The notes beneath the pieces were generated by a model. That model did no database searches. It was given only the letters and a program-made list of their open reading frames with translations, and had not been told where the DNA came from. Shown here in pieces: positions 33,504 to 37,324 of a DNA stretch of 37,324 bases. Positions within the stretch are counted from its first letter, which is position 1, and each line of letters begins with the position of its first letter. Source of the stretch: a virus (taxonomy: Duplodnaviria > Caudoviricetes); the IMG/VR virus record IMGVR_UViG_3300037439_000415, positions 1 through 37,324 of that record. One strand, 5' to 3'. The translations under genes and the position numbers were made by a program.

Positions 33504-33949
33504 TCGCGCTTCCGCTCTGGCAGCCGTGGGCAACGCTGATCGCGCTTGGTCACAAGCGGATCGAGACCCGGTCATGGCCGCCGCCGGCTCGCCTGGTCGG
33601 CAATCGCATCGCGATCCACGCGTGTAAGGGAGGCCTATCGAAGCGGGCGGAGGCCGAGACGCTCGCACTTCCGGAGTTCGCAGTTCTCGACGGTGTCGAG
33701 TTGCCTCGCGGCGCGATCGTCGCGACAGCGAAGCTGATCCGCTTCCGCGAGTTCGACCTAGAGTGGGTCGCTGAGCTTGAGAGCCGTCGACCGTTCGAGG
33801 TCGCGTTCGGTGACTACACGACGGGCCGGTACGGCTGGATCTTCGATCAGGTCCGTGCCCTGCGTGAGCCTGTCCCGGCGACCGGGAGCCAGGGCGTGTT
33901 TCCACTGCCCATTGCCGTCATCGAGGCGGTCCAGGGGGTCGGCGGGTGA
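33500..33949 (+). CDS. ASCH domain protein
   Basis: LWQPWATLIALGHKRIETRSW...IAIHA; GDY..GRYGW; G.QG.F. Confidence 0.9.
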   Translation: MIALPLWQPWATLIALGHKRIETRSWPPPARLVGNRIAIHACKGGLSKRAEAETLALPEFAVLDGVELPRGAIVATAKLIRFREFDLEWVAELESRRPFEVAFGDYTTGRYGWIFDQVRALREPVPATGSQGVFPLPIAVIEAVQGVGG

Positions 33950-34524
33950 AGCAGACCCGTCTCGGCATAGGCGCGAAGTCGCTAGAGCGCGGCACTACGT
34001 TCGAGGCAGAGCGCCAGCCGCTGCACCGCACGGCGATCAAGACGCGCGGGAAGCGGCGCAAGCGCAGCACGGGCTTCCGGCAACTCCTCGACGATCACGC
34101 CACCTGCGCTTGGGCGGGCATGGGCGGCATCGACTGCGACGGCGTGATCGACGCGCATCACGTCATCAAGCAGCAGCACATCGAGCGCCGCTTCCCGCGA
34201 GGCGCGGCAGAGCGCGCCGATGGCTACCGCGTGCCGCTCGCGAAGGTCCCCACCGGCGAGTTGCTGACCCCCGGCTTACGGCAGTTCCCGTTGGGGGCGA
34301 TCCTCGCCGACACACGGAACCTGCTGGCGGTCTGTCGTGCTCACCACGCCGCCCATCACGGTCCGCACGGGGCCGGCGTCACGCGTGACGATCTGCCGTC
34401 TGAGGTCTTCGACTTCGCCCGCCAGTACGGGATGGAATCGCAGGTCCTCAACTCGTATCCGCGGGTGCTTCCCGGGCTAGAGAAGGAGTACCCGGAGGCG
34501 GCTTCGTCAGGTGGTGGGGCGTGA
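33946..34524 (+). CDS. HNH endonuclease-like protein
   Basis: C...C.G.IDAHHV ... NLLAVCRAHH with a ~45-aa insertion. Confidence 0.7.
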   Translation: MKQTRLGIGAKSLERGTTFEAERQPLHRTAIKTRGKRRKRSTGFRQLLDDHATCAWAGMGGIDCDGVIDAHHVIKQQHIERRFPRGAAERADGYRVPLAKVPTGELLTPGLRQFPLGAILADTRNLLAVCRAHHAAHHGPHGAGVTRDDLPSEVFDFARQYGMESQVLNSYPRVLPGLEKEYPEAASSGGGA

Positions 34525-34805
34525 CCGGCTGCTTCGACGATCTCCTCGCCTGCCGGTCGCTTGCCGAGATCGCACCGCGTCTCGCGCGTGCCCGTGACCA
34601 GCTCGTCGCCGAGCGGCGCCTCGATGGCCGACGGCGACTCCACGTGCGTCGTCTGCTGCTGGACGCCGAACGGCTGGTCGCACACCGCGAGTTGCAGTTG
34701 ATCCGTGCGGGTCGTACGAGAGACCCGGGGTATATCGCGAGGCGGCAGCGGAAGCTCGAGGCTGCCCGGAAGGCGCTCAAGCGACTGCAGGCGGTGGCGT
34801 CGTGA
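34521..34805 (+). CDS. hypothetical basic protein
   Basis: GTGA-coupled at both ends. Confidence 0.6.
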   Translation: MTGCFDDLLACRSLAEIAPRLARARDQLVAERRLDGRRRLHVRRLLLDAERLVAHRELQLIRAGRTRDPGYIARRQRKLEAARKALKRLQAVAS

Positions 34806-35215
34806 ACTTCAAGCCCGAGCTTGCGGCGAAGGTGTTGGACGGGTCGAAGACCGTCACCCGGCGTCCCGTGAAGGATTTGGAGAAGCCGTGCCGTTACCGG
34901 GTTAATCGCTCGTACGGGGTGCAGGTGCCTCAGACCGACGGGCCGGGGAAGGGCCGTGGCGGCAAGCAGCTTGGCCGGATCGCGGTCGTGTCGGTGTATC
35001 GGCAACGCCTCGGCTCGATCCAGCTCGTTGAGGACGGTCCCTTGGAGGCGAGGCGGGAGGGGTTCGCCACCGTCCGCGAGTTCTTCGACTACTGGTGCTG
35101 GCTCTACGGCGAATTCGACCCGGGCCTGTTCGTTGACCGGATCGAGTTCCGGTTGCTCCACCCGGATGACTACCCGCTCTTCGAGGGCGGCCGGGTAGAC
35201 GGGAGGCGAGGGTGA
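34802..35215 (+). CDS. ASCH/PUA-like domain protein (second subfamily)
   Basis: MNFKPELAAKVLDGSKTVTRR; ARREGF....F..YW. Confidence 0.85.
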   Translation: MNFKPELAAKVLDGSKTVTRRPVKDLEKPCRYRVNRSYGVQVPQTDGPGKGRGGKQLGRIAVVSVYRQRLGSIQLVEDGPLEARREGFATVREFFDYWCWLYGEFDPGLFVDRIEFRLLHPDDYPLFEGGRVDGRRG

Positions 35216-35892
35216 GCCGCCCGATCTTGATCGACGCGTTCTGCAAGGCCGGTGGCGCTGGCATGGGCTACAGCCGCGCCGGGTTCGAGGTCGTCGGCGT
35301 TGACATCGAGCCCCAGCCGAACTACCCGTTCGAGTTCCACCAGGCCGACGCCCTTGAATTTCTAGCCGGGGGGGGCATGGCTAGGGCTGACGCGGCGCAT
35401 GCGTCGCCGCCATGCCACGCCTACAGCACGGTCACCGGCCGGAACCGATCGAACCGGCGCCGGTATCCCGACCTCGTAGCCGAGACGCGGGATGCGCTGA
35501 TCGCTACCGGGCTGCCGTACGTGATCGAGAATGTCGTCGGCGCCCCACTACGCAATCCGGTCCAGCTCTGCGGCTCCAGCTTCGGGCTCGACATTCGCCG
35601 GCATCGCCTGTTCGAGACGAACTGGCCGCTGATGGGTCCGCCGTGCGCCCATGCCTGGCAGACGCCGCGGTTCCGATCGTTGGACTCCCGCATGGACGGT
35701 CCGGCGACGGTCGTCGGAGTCCACGGTCACCTGAACTACCCCGGAGAGTTCGAGCTGCGCTGCAAAGCGATGGGCATCGACTGGATGACCAACGCCGAGC
35801 TGACCCAAGCGATCCCTCCGGCGTACACGGAGCTGATCGGCCACCAGTTGATGGCCGCGGTGCAGGCCACGCGTTTGGAGCGTGCCGCGTGA
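35212..35892 (+). CDS. DNA cytosine-C5 methyltransferase (short phage type)
   Basis: DAFCKAGGAGMGY (motif I), HASPPC (motif IV), VIENV (motif VI), RRHRLF, AIPPAYT. Confidence 0.9.
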   Translation: MSRPILIDAFCKAGGAGMGYSRAGFEVVGVDIEPQPNYPFEFHQADALEFLAGGGMARADAAHASPPCHAYSTVTGRNRSNRRRYPDLVAETRDALIATGLPYVIENVVGAPLRNPVQLCGSSFGLDIRRHRLFETNWPLMGPPCAHAWQTPRFRSLDSRMDGPATVVGVHGHLNYPGEFELRCKAMGIDWMTNAELTQAIPPAYTELIGHQLMAAVQATRLERAA

Positions 35893-35900
35893 CCGGAGGG

Positions 35901-36071
35901 CTACTTACCTGCCCGGCGCTCGGCGAGAAGCGCGGTGAGCGCTTGGTCGTTTTCGGCGAGGCGGGCGAGTTCGTTCTCGATGAGTCGGTTGATCCAGCGC
36001 TCCAGGGGCACGTCGCCGCGGGCGTGGTCGATGGCGGCCTCGAGCTCGGGGCGGATGCGGGGGCGCTTCAT
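35901..36071 (-). CDS. ribbon-helix-helix (CopG-like) DNA-binding protein
   Basis: MKRPRIRPELEAAIDHARGDVPLERWINRLIENELARL; divergent from a repeat-rich promoter. Confidence 0.7.
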   Translation of the reverse strand: MKRPRIRPELEAAIDHARGDVPLERWINRLIENELARLAENDQALTALLAERRAGK

Positions 36072-36080
36072 GGCCCAGAG

Positions 36081-36127
36081 GGTACCACGTTGCACACTGT
36101 GGAACCATCTGGTACCATGTGGTACAT
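36081..36127 (+). promoter_or_regulatory. promoter with 10-bp-phased GGTACCA operator repeats
   Basis: TTGCAC(36090)-N17-TACCAT(36113); GGTACCA 36081, GGAACCA 36101, GGTACCA 36111, GGTACAT 36121. Confidence 0.75.
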
Positions 36128-36389
36128 GAGCGCAACAGACGGCATCCACATCAACGAGGCCAGCAACGACATCTCGTTCGGCGTCGAGATCCGCGTCCCG
36201 CAGGCACAGGCTAAGGCCTTCGCCGCGCTGCTGACCGGCAACGACGACGACGTGATCCTCGCCGCCGAGACGGCGATACGAGAGACGCTCGGGCGGGACT
36301 GGCAAAACGAAGAGGTCGAGATCGTCACCGGCCCCGACCGCAACCAACTCCGTGAGCAGTTGGTCGAGTTCGGAGCGTGGGGTCGATGA
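36126..36389 (+). CDS. hypothetical protein, probably leaderless
   Basis: ATG 7 nt after the -10 box; MSATDGIHINEASNDISFGVEIRVP... Confidence 0.7.
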   Translation: MSATDGIHINEASNDISFGVEIRVPQAQAKAFAALLTGNDDDVILAAETAIRETLGRDWQNEEVEIVTGPDRNQLREQLVEFGAWGR

Positions 36390-36702
36390 CCGCCCCGTCG
36401 ACCCGCGAAGAGCTGGTAGCCGCACTACGCGACGCCGGGCACAACCTTGCCGCCGAGGACATCGCCGCAGGGACGCCGGTGGAGCAGGTGCGCGACGTGC
36501 TCGCCGAGCCGATGCTGCCAGCGGGCGCCGAGTTCCGGCGTTCCCCTCGGTGCAGCGCATGGGGGCGACGGTCCGCCATCCCGACAAGGACGAGTGGGAG
36601 CGCAAGTGCCTTGACGCCGTGGATGCCGGTGGTGGCGAGGTCAAGCTGCCAAACGGCGACGCGATCTCGGTGGAGCGGGTTCCTGACTGGAGCGAGCGGT
36701 GA
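36386..36702 (+). pseudogene. probable frameshifted hypothetical gene
   Basis: ATGA-coupled start MTAPSTREELVAALRDAG...; protein-like codon usage switches to the -1 frame near 36530 (...HPDKDEWERKCLDAV...WSER*). Confidence 0.45.
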
Positions 36703-36965
36703 CCGGCCGACGCCTGACCGAGAAGCAGGAGCGGGTGCTGGCGGCGATGCGGAGCCGGAGGGGTGCGCGCACTTACACGGACGACCTAGCCCACCGGGTG
36801 AACGACGCCGACCCTCGCGTCGACGGCCCGTTCCTGACGATGGGCGACGTGCGGGCGATCTGTCGGCAGCTCGTGCGTCGTGGGCTGCTGGTCGAGCACG
36901 GCGTCAAGTACGGGCCGAAGCGCTGGACGCTGGCCGAGCCGTCTACTGGATCGGGGAAGGAATGA
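36699..36965 (+). CDS. winged-helix-like DNA-binding protein
   Basis: LTEKQERVLAAM...DVRAICRQLVRRGLL......RWTL. Confidence 0.65.
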   Translation: MTGRRLTEKQERVLAAMRSRRGARTYTDDLAHRVNDADPRVDGPFLTMGDVRAICRQLVRRGLLVEHGVKYGPKRWTLAEPSTGSGKE

Positions 36966-37324
36966 CCGACACGACGGGAACCCACAGAGAGGGCGGTATG
37001 AGCAAGGGCAAGTACGAGCTGGTCCGCGAGGACACCATCGAGGTATTCGGTGTGAGGCTGTTCCGCGTTAGGTCCACCACCACGTTCGGTGATGTGGCTG
37101 AGGGCGAGTTGGGCGGCTATGTCGAGTCCGAGGACCACCTTGCGCAGTACGGCAACGCGTGGGTCTCCGGCGACGCGCGGGTCTACGGCGACGCGTGGGT
37201 CTCCGGCGACGCGTGGGTCTACGGCGACGCGCGGGTCTACGGCGACGCGCGGGTCTACGGCGACGCGCGGGTCTACGTGGACACGGCGTACGACGCGGTG
37301 GCGAAGGGCAAGGGCAACGCCCAG
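36962..37324 (+). CDS. hexapeptide-repeat (left-handed beta-helix) phage protein; no stop inside the window
   Basis: KYEL..EDTI...G..LFRVR....FGDV..GELGGYVESE..L...GNAWVSGDARVYGDA...; alternative start at 36998. Confidence 0.85.
   Translation, partial: MTDTTGTHREGGMSKGKYELVREDTIEVFGVRLFRVRSTTTFGDVAEGELGGYVESEDHLAQYGNAWVSGDARVYGDAWVSGDAWVYGDARVYGDARVYGDARVYVDTAYDAVAKGKGNAQ
37151..37276 (+). repeat. 7 x 18-bp tandem repeat (G[DN]A[RW]V[YS])
   Basis: GGCGACGCG(C/T)GGGTCT(A/C)C units. Confidence 0.95.

Noticed and set aside
37151-37276. CRISPR-like array
   Set aside because: Contiguous 18-bp units with no spacers; they encode an in-frame hexapeptide repeat.
36386-37324. One long open frame from 36386 to the window end
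   Set aside because: The middle part has non-coding-like composition and overlaps the better-supported wHTH gene 36699-36965; stop codons are scarce at this GC content.

Overview
This window looks like a complete or nearly complete ~37.3 kb temperate phage with a contractile tail, from a very GC-rich host. An IHF homologue, a Cheo-type SOS box and the style of the XRE gene suggest Actinomycetota, possibly Thermoleophilia/Solirubrobacterales (inference). Gene order: terS, an initiator-type tRNA-Met, terL, portal fused to a MuF-like domain, protease/scaffold, decoration protein, major capsid, a neck-fibre module with a LamG domain and 20-aa repeats, neck, sheath, tube, frameshifted chaperones, tape measure, baseplate, lysis, accessory/immunity region, repressor/cro switch, then early genes (IHF-like, RecT-like, exonuclease, initiator with a DnaA_N-like C-terminus, two ASCH proteins, HNH, C5 methyltransferase, an RHH cassette). 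I found no integrase, ParA/ParB or protelomerase. The slot between lysis and repressor, where int/attP often sits, instead holds an XRE gene, a candidate ~55-nt sRNA, a ~280-nt element with mutually exclusive pairings, and a cluster of GTCACG repeats resembling a replication origin. This candidate RNA-controlled, plasmid-like replicon is the most interesting feature. The 12-bp palindrome GTCACGCGTGAC occurs at five or more sites. All protein calls come from motif recognition by eye, not database searches.
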